Below, in pieces: positions 10,301 through 24,328 of a stretch of 64,000 nucleotides of DNA. Both the position numbers and the translations under genes were made by a program. The notes under the pieces were generated by a model that did no database searches, was not told the DNA's origin, and saw nothing but the letters and a program-made list of their open reading frames with translations. Position 1 is the first letter of the stretch. Every line of letters begins with the position of its first letter. The DNA comes from an uncultured Gemmatimonadales bacterium. GTDB lineage: Bacteria > Gemmatimonadota > Gemmatimonadetes > Gemmatimonadales > GWC2-71-9. The stretch lies in NCBI GenBank assembly GCA_963798915.1, contig CAWCVB010000007.1, positions 1 through 64,000 of the forward strand, in the 5' to 3' direction.

Positions 10301-10633
10301 TCACGCCAGGTCGAGGGCGATCGCGAGGGCCTCGTCCAGGCGCTTGAGCTTGGCCGGCTTGAGTGCGGCGACGAAGTGCGTCAGCTTCGCTTTCTCGATC
10401 AGGAAGAGCTGGTCGGCCTTGATGGCGCACGACCACTTGAGTCCGTCGTCCGCGTCAAGGAGGACTTCGGTAGAAAGGCCATCGGGCTCGCTGTGGATCG
10501 CCGCCACGACCACCTTGTTGAACTTCGACTGGCAGAGGGTCTCACGACTCACGATGACGCATGCCCGCCGACGCTTCGGGTCCGCTCGATCCGGTGGAGG
10601 TGAGAGCAGATAGATCTCGCCCCGGTGCATCAC
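10301..10633 (-). CDS. PemK/MazF family toxin
   Basis: HRGEIYL, KRRRACVIVSR, AIKADQLFLIEK, LDEALAIALDL. Confidence 0.88.
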   Translation of the reverse strand: MMHRGEIYLLSPPPDRADPKRRRACVIVSRETLCQSKFNKVVVAAIHSEPDGLSTEVLLDADDGLKWSCAIKADQLFLIEKAKLTHFVAALKPAKLKRLDEALAIALDLA

Positions 10634-10926
10634 GCGAACGGGTCGGCCTGATGCTCGAGCAGCTCGTCGGTCTGCCGATCAAGCTGCTCCGCCTTCGCGT
10701 TCAGAATTTCCAGGTCGTGTTCAGCGCGGGCCCGCCGGAGCCGCCGGAGCAGCTCACGCCGCACAGCAAGCTCGACGAACCTGGAGCGCTGCTGCGCCGG
10801 CACGATCAGGTTGACGCCTTCCATGACTTCGCCAGCCATGGTGACCGAGGCAGCTACCTTCTTCTGGCGATCCTTGAGCAACTTCTGCAGTTGCAAGGCC
10901 TTATGCCATGATATAGTAGTTTGCAT
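10630..10926 (-). CDS. Putative RHH-type antitoxin of the MazF-type toxin
   Basis: 4-nt overlap with the toxin; RSRFVELAVRREL and DLEILNAKAEQL. Confidence 0.75.
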   Translation of the reverse strand: MQTTISWHKALQLQKLLKDRQKKVAASVTMAGEVMEGVNLIVPAQQRSRFVELAVRRELLRRLRRARAEHDLEILNAKAEQLDRQTDELLEHQADPFA

Positions 10927-10962
10927 ACTCTATAATCTAGTATGTAATATCTTATATATCAA
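10924..10962 (-). promoter_or_regulatory. Sigma70-like promoter, probably leaderless, with operator palindrome
   Basis: TTGATA-17-TAGATT then 7 nt to ATG; CATACT..AGTATG inverted repeat. Confidence 0.6.
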
Positions 10963-10965
10963 GCT

Positions 10966-11435
10966 TCTCAGTCGAGCTGCACGCCACCCGATTGCTTCGT
11001 CGGCTTCGCCTCCTCGCAATGACGCATGGGCGAGACTCGACCCACGACCGCGACCCGCGACCCGCGACCCGGACGGCGCTTTCGTGTTTTCGTGAATCCC
11101 TCGGCGCTTCTCCGCGCCCTCCGCGCTGTTGGGCAACTGCTCAACGCAGAGTCGCAGAGCCGCAGAGGGTTCCGCGCACGACCGGCGTTCTGATCTCAGC
11201 TGCCGGGCCACAACATATTCATGTCGGTGGAGAGCATCGGAACTCAATGTTGCTCGGCATCCTCTGCGGGCCTCCGCGCCCTCTGCGCCTCTGCGTTGTG
11301 CAGTTTCGGTCACCAACATCTTGGCGATCATCGTCTGGCCAGCAGGTCTCGGGCGAGCTGCACGCCACCCGATTGCTTCGTCGGCGCCTCTGGGCGACGC
11401 AAGCGTCGCCCCTGCGGCGCCTCCTCGCAATGACG
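10966..11435. repeat. Composite repeat element, copy 2
   Basis: Palindrome, heptamers, TTTCGTG, one 153-bp unit, CTCTGCG cluster, variant palindrome; near-identical to 10190-10290 followed by 9600-9810 and 10115-10250. Confidence 0.92.
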
Positions 11436-11437
11436 CT

Positions 11438-11896
11438 TCAGGTCGTGCCCCAGCCTGGCAAGCGGCTGGCCTGCTTCACCCAACTCAGGAATTGCGCTTC
11501 GTCGAGCCCGCCATCCTCATGGATATCCAGGTAGCGCACCTCCTTGTGCTTCGATGCGCCGGGAGGAACCGGTCTGAGCGACCCGCCATTGAAGAACGTG
11601 ACCTTGACGTACCTGGTGAAGCAATGGAAGCTCACGAACCAGCCCTGGCCCTCGATGCCGTAAAACGGCGAGTTCCATTTGACCGCCTTGCGCACGCCCG
11701 GAACAGCGCGCTGAATCAGCGCATCCAGCCGGCACCCGACGTCGCGCTTCCAGCCCGGCATTGCGGCAATGTATTCCTGCACCGGGGCATCGCCCTCGGC
11801 CTTGGCAATCTGCGGATTGCCGCCCGCAAGCAGCACTGGCTTCGCACCGGCTCTGGTCGAGACCTTCGTCGACTTCCTGGTCAGCTTGCGGCCCAT
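11438..11896 (-). CDS. DUF1801 (YdhG-like) protein
   Basis: LLAGGNPQIAKAEGDAPVQEYIAAMPGWK, KAVKWNSPFYG. Confidence 0.85.
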   Translation of the reverse strand: MGRKLTRKSTKVSTRAGAKPVLLAGGNPQIAKAEGDAPVQEYIAAMPGWKRDVGCRLDALIQRAVPGVRKAVKWNSPFYGIEGQGWFVSFHCFTRYVKVTFFNGGSLRPVPPGASKHKEVRYLDIHEDGGLDEAQFLSWVKQASRLPGWGTT

Positions 11897-11939
11897 GGCA
11901 CTCCCTCCAGAACTTTCGTGTTTTGGTGTTTTCGTGACT

Positions 11940-12497
11940 TCACAGTGCCTTCCACATCCTTAGCAGCGGCACGGCGACCCCGCCCCGGTCGTCCAGGACG
12001 CGTTCAAGTTCCTCATACCCGGAGGCGCGGTACAACGGCTCCCCAGCCATTGTCGCCATCAATTCCGCCCGGGTGAACCCTTCGGCCCTCGCCGCCGCTT
12101 CGCAGAGCGCCAGGACCAGCCGGCCCACACCCTTCCGTACATGACGTGGATGGGTATACATCGCGCGAATCCGTGCCGGTTCCGTCGCAGGATCGAGCAG
12201 GCGATCGCTCCGCGCCGGCGAATGGTCGCCACCATACAGGGTGGCCCGCCGGCTCCAGCCGCCGCAGCCCGCCAGTTCGCCATCGGCATGAATCACAAAA
12301 TAGGTCCCGTCGTCAATGAGCTGGGTGTCCAGGCCCATGATCATCCGGCTCGACGCAATCTGGCGCGCATCAAGAAACGGCTTCTGCAGCTCAGCAATCG
12401 CCGCCACCACGAGCGCCCGCAACGCGTCGAGATCGGCTCGGCAGGCAAGTCGATGGGTCAGTGCTCTCGCGTCATGGGTCACAGGTCGTGGATTCAT
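11940..12497 (-). CDS. GNAT N-acetyltransferase
   Basis: AGCGGWSRRATLYGGD, ARIRAMYTHPRHVRKGVGR, GEPLYRASGY. Confidence 0.9.
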   Translation of the reverse strand: MNPRPVTHDARALTHRLACRADLDALRALVVAAIAELQKPFLDARQIASSRMIMGLDTQLIDDGTYFVIHADGELAGCGGWSRRATLYGGDHSPARSDRLLDPATEPARIRAMYTHPRHVRKGVGRLVLALCEAAARAEGFTRAELMATMAGEPLYRASGYEELERVLDDRGGVAVPLLRMWKAL

Positions 12498-12569
12498 CAG
12501 CCAGCGCTCCCGTAGAACATCCAAAGGCCCAGGCTGATCAAGCCGAGACTGACAATCACTCGGCAAATC

Positions 12570-12726
12570 CACCGCGGAGACGCAGAGGGCGCAGAGCTAC
12601 CTCTCATTCCGAACGAAGTGAGCAATCCTGACGGCCGAACTTCGGAACCGGGCGAGAAGATCCCTCGCTGCGCTCGGGATGACAACTTCACTCATTATTA
12701 CTCTGTGTCCTCTGCGGCTCTGCGGT
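12570..12726. repeat. Repeat cluster: CGCAGAG...CTCTGCG inverted repeats enclosing two CGTC-type palindromes
   Basis: accgcggagacgcagagggcgcagag; ctcattccgaacgaagtgagcaatc; agatccctcgctgcgctcgggatgac; ctctgtgtcctctgcggctctgcggt. Confidence 0.75.
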
Positions 12727-12852
12727 TGATTCCAATGGCCAGCGAACTTGGTCAGCGATACCACTCGTCCCCCACACCTTGACGCCCGCACCGCTGCCCG
12801 CCACCATCATGTGCGCTGTGCCCCTGACCCCTAACCCCCAGCCCCTACCATC

Positions 12853-14199
<1,347 letters not shown>

Positions 14200-14204
14200 G
14201 GGGG

Positions 14205-14275
14205 GCGAGACGGCGAGGCGGCGAGACGGCTAGTTGCTCGTCATCCTGAGGGAGTGCAGCGACCGAAGGATCTGC
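14205..14275. repeat. Octamer repeat (GGCGAGRC) plus CGTC-type palindrome
   Basis: ggcgagacggcgaggcggcgagac then cgtcatcctgagggagtgcagcgaccgaaggatct. Confidence 0.65.
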
Positions 14276-14320
14276 TGGCCCGGGTCGGGAATCAGCCGTC
14301 ACAATCGAGCGGTTTCGGAT

Positions 14321-14737
14321 TCACGCATTCAGGTCCATGCCGAAGCAGAGGCGATAGCCGTCGAGGTCGTCCACCTCGAAGTCACGGCAGCCGTACATCT
14401 GGTCGCACGGCTCGCGCACGAGGTGGACTCCCGTCGAGGCGAATTCCCTACTCAGCGCGTCCGCGTCTTCCACCCAGATGTAGGCGTCCCACGCCCCCTC
14501 GTCGGGATCCGCCATTCGGTTGGGCCTCACCCCGTCACCCGAATCGAGCTGGGAGAGCATGATGATGATGCCGCTCCGGCGCACCATGCAGAATCTCGGC
14601 GGATCGCCCCAGAACCGCTCGTAGCTGAAGCCCAGGTGGTCGCGATACCAGTTGGCCGAGGCGGCCACATCCCGCACGAAGAAGTAGGGCGCAATGCTCC
14701 AGCGCGATCGTGTCTCAGCATCATTCGTCATTGGCAT
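14321..14737 (-). CDS. VOC/glyoxalase-bleomycin resistance family protein
   Basis: VRDVAASANWYRDHLGF, YGCRDFEVDDLDGYRLCFG. Confidence 0.88.
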   Translation of the reverse strand: MPMTNDAETRSRWSIAPYFFVRDVAASANWYRDHLGFSYERFWGDPPRFCMVRRSGIIIMLSQLDSGDGVRPNRMADPDEGAWDAYIWVEDADALSREFASTGVHLVREPCDQMYGCRDFEVDDLDGYRLCFGMDLNA

Positions 14738-15033
14738 CTCCCAGGCATTCGGATGTTCATTGGATCCCCCGATGCCCAAAGGTCATGGCATCGAACCGGA
14801 CATGGTAGTGTCGGCCGATTCAGCGCAGCTTCCAGCCCCATCGCTTCTCTATCGTAGCTTCACGCCGTTATGCTCGCGCTGGGAGGCGGGCATGTACGAG
14901 TCCGCGCTGGGGATTCGTCCGCTACCATGACCACAGTCGCTTCGCCGGGGGAGGCGCAATGGCGATACACCAATGTTCTGCCTGGAACCCTCCCGCGCCA
15001 GCGGTCAGCCGGACTCGCGGATCGTCGCTGCGA

Positions 15034-15438
15034 CTACCCTGCCCTCTCATGCAGCAGCATCCAGGACGTGCCGAACCGGTCACGCAGCATCGCGAACCGC
15101 GAAGCGAAGAAGGTCTGCTCCAGCTTCATGAAGATCTGGCCACCCTCGGAGAGGAGCGCATAGAGGCGTTCGGCTTCCTCGTCGGACTCGACACGCAGGG
15201 CCAGATAGGCACTTCGCATCGGTTCGCTCCCTGGAATGTCGGCGCCCATGAGCACCATCCCGCCGATCTCGATCCTGGCATGGAGAATCTTGCCGTTCCA
15301 TTCGGCGGGGAGATCCCCCTGTCCAGGCTGCTCACCGTGCCTCATGATGCCCGTGATTGTCCCGCCAAGGTGCTGCTCGTAGAAGCGGAACGCCTCGTCG
15401 CAATGCCCCGGATAGTTGAGATAGATGTCGAGTCGCAT
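15034..15438 (-). CDS. VOC family PhnB-like protein
   Basis: YLNYPGHCDEAFRFY, ILHARIEIG, FAMLRDRFGTSWML. Confidence 0.9.
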   Translation of the reverse strand: MRLDIYLNYPGHCDEAFRFYEQHLGGTITGIMRHGEQPGQGDLPAEWNGKILHARIEIGGMVLMGADIPGSEPMRSAYLALRVESDEEAERLYALLSEGGQIFMKLEQTFFASRFAMLRDRFGTSWMLLHERAG

Positions 15439-15557
15439 GTGAGACTCCTCGAAGAGGTTGGATGAGCAGACGCCAGACACGCCCACTAGTTTCGTCGAAC
15501 GAGGAGCGTCCGAATCGACCAACGCTCCGGCCGGCCATCTCCTCAAGGAGATTCCCG

Positions 15558-18962
<3,405 letters not shown>

Positions 18963-19033
18963 GATTCGTCGCTCCCCCGGCGAGACTGGCGCAAGCCGAG
19001 GTCGGTTACTTGATTCGTAACACGCTATGAATG

Positions 19034-19068
19034 TTGCATATACATCATAAGCTGCTTATGTTATCGCC
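19034..19068 (+). promoter_or_regulatory. Probable leaderless promoter with palindromic operator
   Basis: TTGCAT-17-TATGTT then 6 nt to ATG; CATAAGC-T-GCTTATG at 19046-19060. Confidence 0.6.
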
Positions 19069-19332
19069 ATGGCCGACATCAAACGGTATCTGGCGGAGAT
19101 TGGCTCGCGGGGTGGCCGCAGGAGCCGGCGCATGCTGGACCCTGAAACGGCGCGCAACATGGTCCGCGTCCGGGAGGCCCGGCGCGCCTTCCGGCGATTT
19201 CAGACCACTTGCTTCTGGTCGTATCGGCCCGATCTCGCAATCGGTCTGGCAGATGTGCCATGGGTGGCAGAACAGCTCATGAAGCATGGCAACCGCAGCG
19301 CCTGGCTCGCAGGAGCACGGCTGTGCCGTTGA
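19069..19332 (+). CDS. Small putative antitoxin partner of the AbiEii-type nucleotidyltransferase
   Basis: 87 aa, CFWSYRPD..VAEQLMKHG; TTGA overlap with the next gene. Confidence 0.7.
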   Translation: MADIKRYLAEIGSRGGRRSRRMLDPETARNMVRVREARRAFRRFQTTCFWSYRPDLAIGLADVPWVAEQLMKHGNRSAWLAGARLCR

Positions 19333-20136
19333 CCGACTTCCAGCGTACGCTCCTCGCTACGCTGGCGCAGTCGCCCAATGACGATCGCTATCTGGCGGGC
19401 GGCGCGGCTCTGCACTTCTCGCCCAACTCCGCACGCTACAGCGACGACCTCGACTTCTTCCACGATTCTGAGGCGAAAAGTGGCGTCGGCCTTCGCACGA
19501 GATCGCGACACGCTTGAGCGGGCCGGCTACACACTCGAGGTGGAATTGAGCCTGCCCGGCTTCATCCGGGCGCAGGTGCGCCGGCATGGCCAGGCGACGC
19601 GGGTGGACTGGGCCCACGACTCGGCCTGGCGCTTCATGCCGCTCGTCCGAGACGACCTCGGCGGGTTGCTCCTGCATCCGGTCGATCTGGCCCTCAACAA
19701 GGTGCTGGCGCTGGCCGGTCGCGATGAGCCGAGGGACTTCGTGGATATCCTGTTCGTGCACCGCGAGGTACTGCCCCTGGCCGCGCTCTGCTGGGCTGCG
19801 GTCGGAAAGGACCCGGGCCTGACGCCGCTTTCGCTGCTGGAGCTGCTCAAGCGGCGCGGCCGGTACCGGCCGGAAGACTTCGCCCGGCTCAACCTCGCGC
19901 AACCGTTCGACCTGGTCGAGGCCAAGCGTTCCTGGCTGGCGGCCCTCGATGAAGCCGAGCGCTTTGTCCTCGAGCGGCCGCCTGAGGAATTCGGATGCCT
20001 CTATTACGAAACGGATCAGCAACAATTCGTGGTGCCCGTCTCTGGCGAGTCGCTTACGACACAGCACATCGTGCTCCACTTCGGATCGCCCGGTGGAGTC
20101 CTTCCCCGGATGAGTGATACGAGTATCAGCGACTGA
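19329..20136 (+). CDS. AbiEii/AbiGii-like nucleotidyltransferase toxin, frameshift near 19478
   Basis: YLAGGAAL, RYSDDLDFF, LALNKVLALAGRDEPRDFVD. Confidence 0.85.
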
Positions 20137-20209
20137 CCGGCGCGCAGCAGGATCCCCACCAGGCTCAATCGCCTGGAGGAACACCTCGCCGCCGTTCGAA
20201 GCCGGGTTG

Positions 20210-20325
20210 GAAGATCCCTCGGTCGCCCGGTGTGCGCCGGGGTCCCTCAGGATGAGGCGCTTGCTGGTTCGTTCCTCATCCTGAGCGCAGCGAAGGATCT
20301 GCTCTCCCGGGTTCGTCAGGATGAG
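20210..20325. repeat. Cluster of CGTC-type palindromes
   Basis: agatccctcggtcgc..ccctcaggatgag; ctcatcctgagcgcagcgaaggatctgctctcccgggttcg. Confidence 0.75.
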
Positions 20326-20365
20326 GCGGTGGGTTGGATCGCAGGCGCGGCCCAACTTCAGGTAC

Positions 20366-20632
20366 TCACGACCCTCGCCGATACACGTCCCGCCGATGCG
20401 CCACCCGCACCACCGTGACCACGAGCTCCTGATTCACGATCTCGTACAGCACCCGATAACGGCCCTGACGAATTCGAAACCGGTCTCCGCCCGCGAGTTT
20501 CTGGCAACCGGATGGGCGAGGGTCGTTGGCGAGAGACGCGATGCGCCCCACGAGCCGGCGCCGGTCCTCGAGCGGCACCGCTTCCAGTTCCTTCTGCGCG
20601 GAGCGCTTGATCCGGACGCTATAGCTCGCCAC
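20366..20632 (-). CDS. RelE/ParE family toxin
   Basis: YSVRIKRSAQKEL, DPRPSGCQKLAG, FRIRQGRYRVLYEI, VAHRRDVY. Confidence 0.92.
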   Translation of the reverse strand: MASYSVRIKRSAQKELEAVPLEDRRRLVGRIASLANDPRPSGCQKLAGGDRFRIRQGRYRVLYEIVNQELVVTVVRVAHRRDVYRRGS

Positions 20633-20849
20633 GACGCTTGAGGTCCTGCACGTAATCCTCGAACGCCTCGCTTGGCTCGGCCACGCGATTCCGGAATGCG
20701 GCCAGGTCGTCCGCGTCCTCTGCCAGACTCTCCCGGACAGCGTCGTTCACAAGATCGGAAATGCTCCGGTCCGTCTCCGCCGCCTTAAGACGAAGCGCCC
20801 GGTGCAGGGCCTCATCGAAGTAGATCGTTGCGCGCTTTGGGGTTGGCAT
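20619..20849 (-). CDS. CopG/RHH antitoxin
   Basis: KRATIYFDEALHRALRLKAAETDRSISDLVNDAV. Confidence 0.88.
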   Translation of the reverse strand: MPTPKRATIYFDEALHRALRLKAAETDRSISDLVNDAVRESLAEDADDLAAFRNRVAEPSEAFEDYVQDLKRRGEL

Positions 20850-20892
20850 GCAGTAAACATGACGTTGTAACGTCACAACGTCAAGACGTCAG
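20850..20892 (-). promoter_or_regulatory. Probable leaderless promoter overlapping repeated ACGTCA boxes
   Basis: TTGACG(20884-20879)-17-CATGTT then 6 nt to ATG; TGACGTT, AACGTCA, AACGTCA, GACGTCA boxes. Confidence 0.6.
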
Positions 20893-20926
20893 TGTGACAC
20901 GCCGGCCGGCGGCGCGCTCCGCATGC

Positions 20927-20967
20927 CTCATCCTGAGCGCAGCGAAGGATCTCCTCACCCGGGTTCG
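20927..20967. repeat. CGTC-type palindrome, direct repeat of 20276-20316
   Basis: ctcatcctgagcgcagcgaaggatctcctcacccgggttcg. Confidence 0.8.
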
Positions 20968-21236
20968 AAGCCCTTCCCCGCCGCCTTGCCGACTCCGGAA
21001 TCCGGCGGCATATTCGCGACATGTCCCGAGAGTGGATCCTCGGGCGCCTCAGCCCGAAGGATCCTGAAGCCGACCTCCTGCAAGCCACGCAGCACGACCG
21101 ACCTCGCGCGCGCCATAGGCGGGCGTGTATCCCCAAGTCGTTGCCGACCCCCGACAGATCAATTTCCACTGCTTCGCTCACGCGGCGCCGCACGGTGCGG
21201 CGTCATTTGGCCTATTCCCCAACTCCGGAGGCTTCC

Positions 21237-21896
21237 TTGAGTACCCAGTTCCGAAATTGCGTCGCCATGTCTGCAATCCTCGCCATCGCCGCATGCGCGT
21301 CGGATTCTCCGACGAGCCCCGTCACCCAGGCCGGCGTGCTGAGCGCCGTGCACGGCCCACCGGTGGTCGACGCACTCCCATCAGGAGAGCACATCGTCGG
21401 CAAGGCGGCAATTGAGCCGGCCTACGACGCCGATACCGGCGAGATCATCTACCTGCTGACGCCGGTCATGGCTCCGCTTCCCTCGCATGCCAACGGGCAT
21501 GCGGTCTCGCCGCTCTACCTGGTGGAGTATCCCGCCAGCGCGGACGTGGGGACACTCAACTGCATGGGCCTGCCGGGCAACTGCCCGGACCACGACGCCG
21601 CCGTGGCCGGAGTCGCGACCAGCACGATGCCAAGTGTCTATGGCACCGACCCGGCAGCCCTGCCGGGACATGATCACGTGGTCGACGGGCCGGGCGCCCC
21701 GGACTTCAATGTGGCATGGGAAGTGATCGAGGTGCTCTTCACCAACTCGGAGGCGGCAAACACGCACCTGACGACCGAGGCACAGATCAAGGCGGCCGTC
21801 GCCAACGGCGATGCCATCCTGGTGGACCTGGGTTTCGCCTTCAACTGCTCCGTCGTGTCGCCGGCGGTGTACTGGCGCGGCAAGCCGGTGTCCTGA
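21237..21896 (+). CDS. Hypothetical lipoprotein, His/Cys-rich
   Basis: GGAGG RBS, lipobox IAAC, NCxxxxxNCPDH, GHDH, FNVAWEV. Confidence 0.7.
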   Translation: MSTQFRNCVAMSAILAIAACASDSPTSPVTQAGVLSAVHGPPVVDALPSGEHIVGKAAIEPAYDADTGEIIYLLTPVMAPLPSHANGHAVSPLYLVEYPASADVGTLNCMGLPGNCPDHDAAVAGVATSTMPSVYGTDPAALPGHDHVVDGPGAPDFNVAWEVIEVLFTNSEAANTHLTTEAQIKAAVANGDAILVDLGFAFNCSVVSPAVYWRGKPVS

Positions 21897-21973
21897 GTTT
21901 CGGCTGACATCGCGCCACGGGGCCGCTTGCCGGGTAGCTGCCAGCATGCGGCCCCGTCGCGTTGCTCCAGGCG

Positions 21974-23797
21974 CTAGCTGCTTGCCCGGGCCAGCGCCTT
22001 GATGGCTGCGGACATGGCCCTGACCCGCTCGGGATCCCGGGCGCCCTTCACCTCCTTGTCGACCGACCTGGCGAGCGCGGTGAGCGCCGCACTCCGGGCC
22101 TTGCCGCTCTGCTGTTCGGCGGCATCGAGTGCGCTCCCGATCGCAGTCGTCCGCGCCACGGCGAGACCGTTCCCGCGCACCAGCTGGTCCAGGTACGCGC
22201 GCACCACCGGGAACGCGGCGGGCCACTCGATCTTGGGCTGGCTCTGCGGGTTGTACTGCTTCATCCTGACGAGCTTGGCCGCCGCGATCTCGTTGGCCGA
22301 GAGCAGGTCGCTGGGCTCGAGCGCAAGGACGTCGAACCCGCGGTCAAGTTCGGAGGAATAGATGAGCCCGTTCCACCAGTAGGCGCCCCACGATCCGCCG
22401 ATGGTCCCCCGCACCCGTCGCACAGCTCCCGAATCGGCGGCGGCCGAATCAGCGGAAGGCGGCGGGTCGATGGGCCCGCGGTCGAAGTAGGCCAGCTCCC
22501 GCGGGTGGTCGGGATCGGTGAACTCCATCACGCTCACCCCGCCCTGGTACCAGCCCTGCACCATGATGTCCCGGCCCGGCACCGGGATCAGCCCGCCGTT
22601 GTGCGAGACGCAGTTCTCCTGGGCCGTCTGTGCGGCCGGAATCTTGTAGAACGCATGCTCGGTGTACTTCCGCTTCGCATCGATGGTGAGGATGGTGTTG
22701 CCACCCATTTCCATCATTGATGTGGCCTGGCACATCGGACCGGTGCCACCACCCCATTCATCCGTGAACACCACCTGCTTGCCATCATTACTGAAGACGG
22801 CGGTGTGCCAGAGCGAGAAGTTGGTATCGGAGACGGCGTCGAGCCGCTTCGGCTTGAGCGGGTTCGCAATGTCCACCAGCAATCCGTAGCTGGCGCATGC
22901 TCCGGCCAGGAGGTTCATGGCGGGATAGGCGGTGACGTCATGGCAGTTCCGCGGCCCCGTCGGAGCCGGCCGCGGAGGAGCCGCCGAGTCTCCCGGGGCA
23001 CGCGGCCGGGCAGCGCGGCGGGGCCGGCTGGCGGCGCGAGGCGCAGGACCAAGCCCGGTAAAGATCCGGGCGCCGGTGACCACCGCGGCCTGCTCCGGGT
23101 GGGCCAGCGGCACCCTGATGACATCGAGCCGGTAGAGCGAGTTCGTCTCGTCCGCCGGATCGGTTCCCTCCTTGCAGCCCGCCAGCTCCGAGTCGGGGCG
23201 CGCGCCCTGATTCCCCGAGACATAGATGTAGAGGACGCCCTTGTCCCTGGGATCCGGAATGATGGTGTGGGTGTGGGACCCCTTGCAGGTCTGCACGTTC
23301 TTGACCAGGCGCGGCTCGGCCGGATTGGAGATGTCATAGATGCGCACTCCGGCCATGTGGTCCTTCGGATCCTGCACGCCGCCCTTGGCGCAGTCGGTGC
23401 GATTGCCTCGGCCCTCCGCCGAGATGAAGAGCAGGTTGCCGTAGACGGATGGGTCGCCTTGCGACGTAATGCAGGACACGACCGACACCGCCTTCGGTGC
23501 GGCGGGGTCGCTCACATCCCAGGTGGTGAACCCGGCAAAGTTGCCCTGGTAGACGTACTTGTCGCTGAAGGCCAGGTCGGAGTTGATGAACGTCAGCCCG
23601 CGCGCCGTGTCGAACGCCGCCGGCTTGGGCGAGAACGACACCAGGCGCATGCCCTCTGCGGCGACACCGGCATCAAGCCGGCCCGGCTTCAGGCCGGTGC
23701 GGGGGTCCTGGCTGCTGGGATAGGTCTGCGCGGCCAGGAGCGACGGCACCATGCACAGCGGCGCAAGCAGCGCGAAGAGCTTACGGGAGAGATGCAT
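21974..23797 (-). CDS. Secreted LVIVD-repeat protein
   Basis: Signal peptide, NSDLAF, QGDPSVYGNL, GSHTHT, CHD, WHTAVFSNDG, ENCVSHNG, AYFDRGP. Confidence 0.85.
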   Translation of the reverse strand: MHLSRKLFALLAPLCMVPSLLAAQTYPSSQDPRTGLKPGRLDAGVAAEGMRLVSFSPKPAAFDTARGLTFINSDLAFSDKYVYQGNFAGFTTWDVSDPAAPKAVSVVSCITSQGDPSVYGNLLFISAEGRGNRTDCAKGGVQDPKDHMAGVRIYDISNPAEPRLVKNVQTCKGSHTHTIIPDPRDKGVLYIYVSGNQGARPDSELAGCKEGTDPADETNSLYRLDVIRVPLAHPEQAAVVTGARIFTGLGPAPRAASRPRRAARPRAPGDSAAPPRPAPTGPRNCHDVTAYPAMNLLAGACASYGLLVDIANPLKPKRLDAVSDTNFSLWHTAVFSNDGKQVVFTDEWGGGTGPMCQATSMMEMGGNTILTIDAKRKYTEHAFYKIPAAQTAQENCVSHNGGLIPVPGRDIMVQGWYQGGVSVMEFTDPDHPRELAYFDRGPIDPPPSADSAAADSGAVRRVRGTIGGSWGAYWWNGLIYSSELDRGFDVLALEPSDLLSANEIAAAKLVRMKQYNPQSQPKIEWPAAFPVVRAYLDQLVRGNGLAVARTTAIGSALDAAEQQSGKARSAALTALARSVDKEVKGARDPERVRAMSAAIKALARASS

Positions 23798-23827
23798 CGA
23801 ACGGGGCTCCAGTGAAGGTCAGTCAAG

Positions 23828-23897
23828 GTCAACGGTCGACGGTCGACGGTCAACGGTCGACGGTCGACGGTCGACGGTCGACGGTCGACGGTCGACG
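23828..23897 (+). repeat. Heptamer GTCRACG, 10 copies
   Basis: Direct reading; upstream of the four-helix-bundle gene. Confidence 0.95.
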
Positions 23898-23968
23898 CAG
23901 GAACTATGGTCGCCGAAGATGCGAGGATCCGGTACTGTGGCTCTCGCATTCATGTGCCACAGTAGGGC

Positions 23969-24328
23969 ATGGGAAACTACCGCGCGCTCGACGCCTGGCA
24001 GGCCAGTCGCACCTTGGCCGGGCTCACGTACCGGACGACGGAGCGGTTCCCGCCTGCCGAGCGCTACGGCCTCACGGCCCAGATGCGACGTGCCGCGGTC
24101 TCGATCATGTCCAATATCGCCGAGGGAGCCGGTCGGGGCAGCGACACCCAATTCCATCCCTTCCTGCAGATTGCTCGCGGCTCTCTCCATGAACTCGAAG
24201 CCCAGACCATCCTGGCGAGCGACCTGGCATTCGGCAGCGAGGCTTCACTCGCCGAGCTGACTGAGGCGACTCGCCAGACGGCCCGACTCCTGCACGGCCT
24301 CCTCCGTTCACTGAAGAACGCCCGCTAG
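23969..24328 (+). CDS. Four-helix-bundle protein (23S rRNA IVP / Avd-like)
   Basis: YRALDAWQ, FPPAERYGLTAQMRRAAVSIMSNIAEG, FLQIARGSLHEL. Confidence 0.93.
   Translation: MGNYRALDAWQASRTLAGLTYRTTERFPPAERYGLTAQMRRAAVSIMSNIAEGAGRGSDTQFHPFLQIARGSLHELEAQTILASDLAFGSEASLAELTEATRQTARLLHGLLRSLKNAR

Noticed and set aside
9465..10436. Repeat-protein ORFs over the 153-bp units (both strands)
   Set aside because: Open frames follow from GC richness and a unit length divisible by 3; one copy has a 1-bp deletion; composition is low-complexity
9661..10633. Type III TA (ToxIN-like) RNA antitoxin array
   Set aside because: Units are much longer than typical, both neighbouring toxins already have protein antitoxins, and no ToxN-like gene is seen
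23969..24328. Diversity-generating retroelement (Avd)
   Set aside because: No reverse transcriptase and no TR/VR pair with adenine-specific mismatches seen in the window
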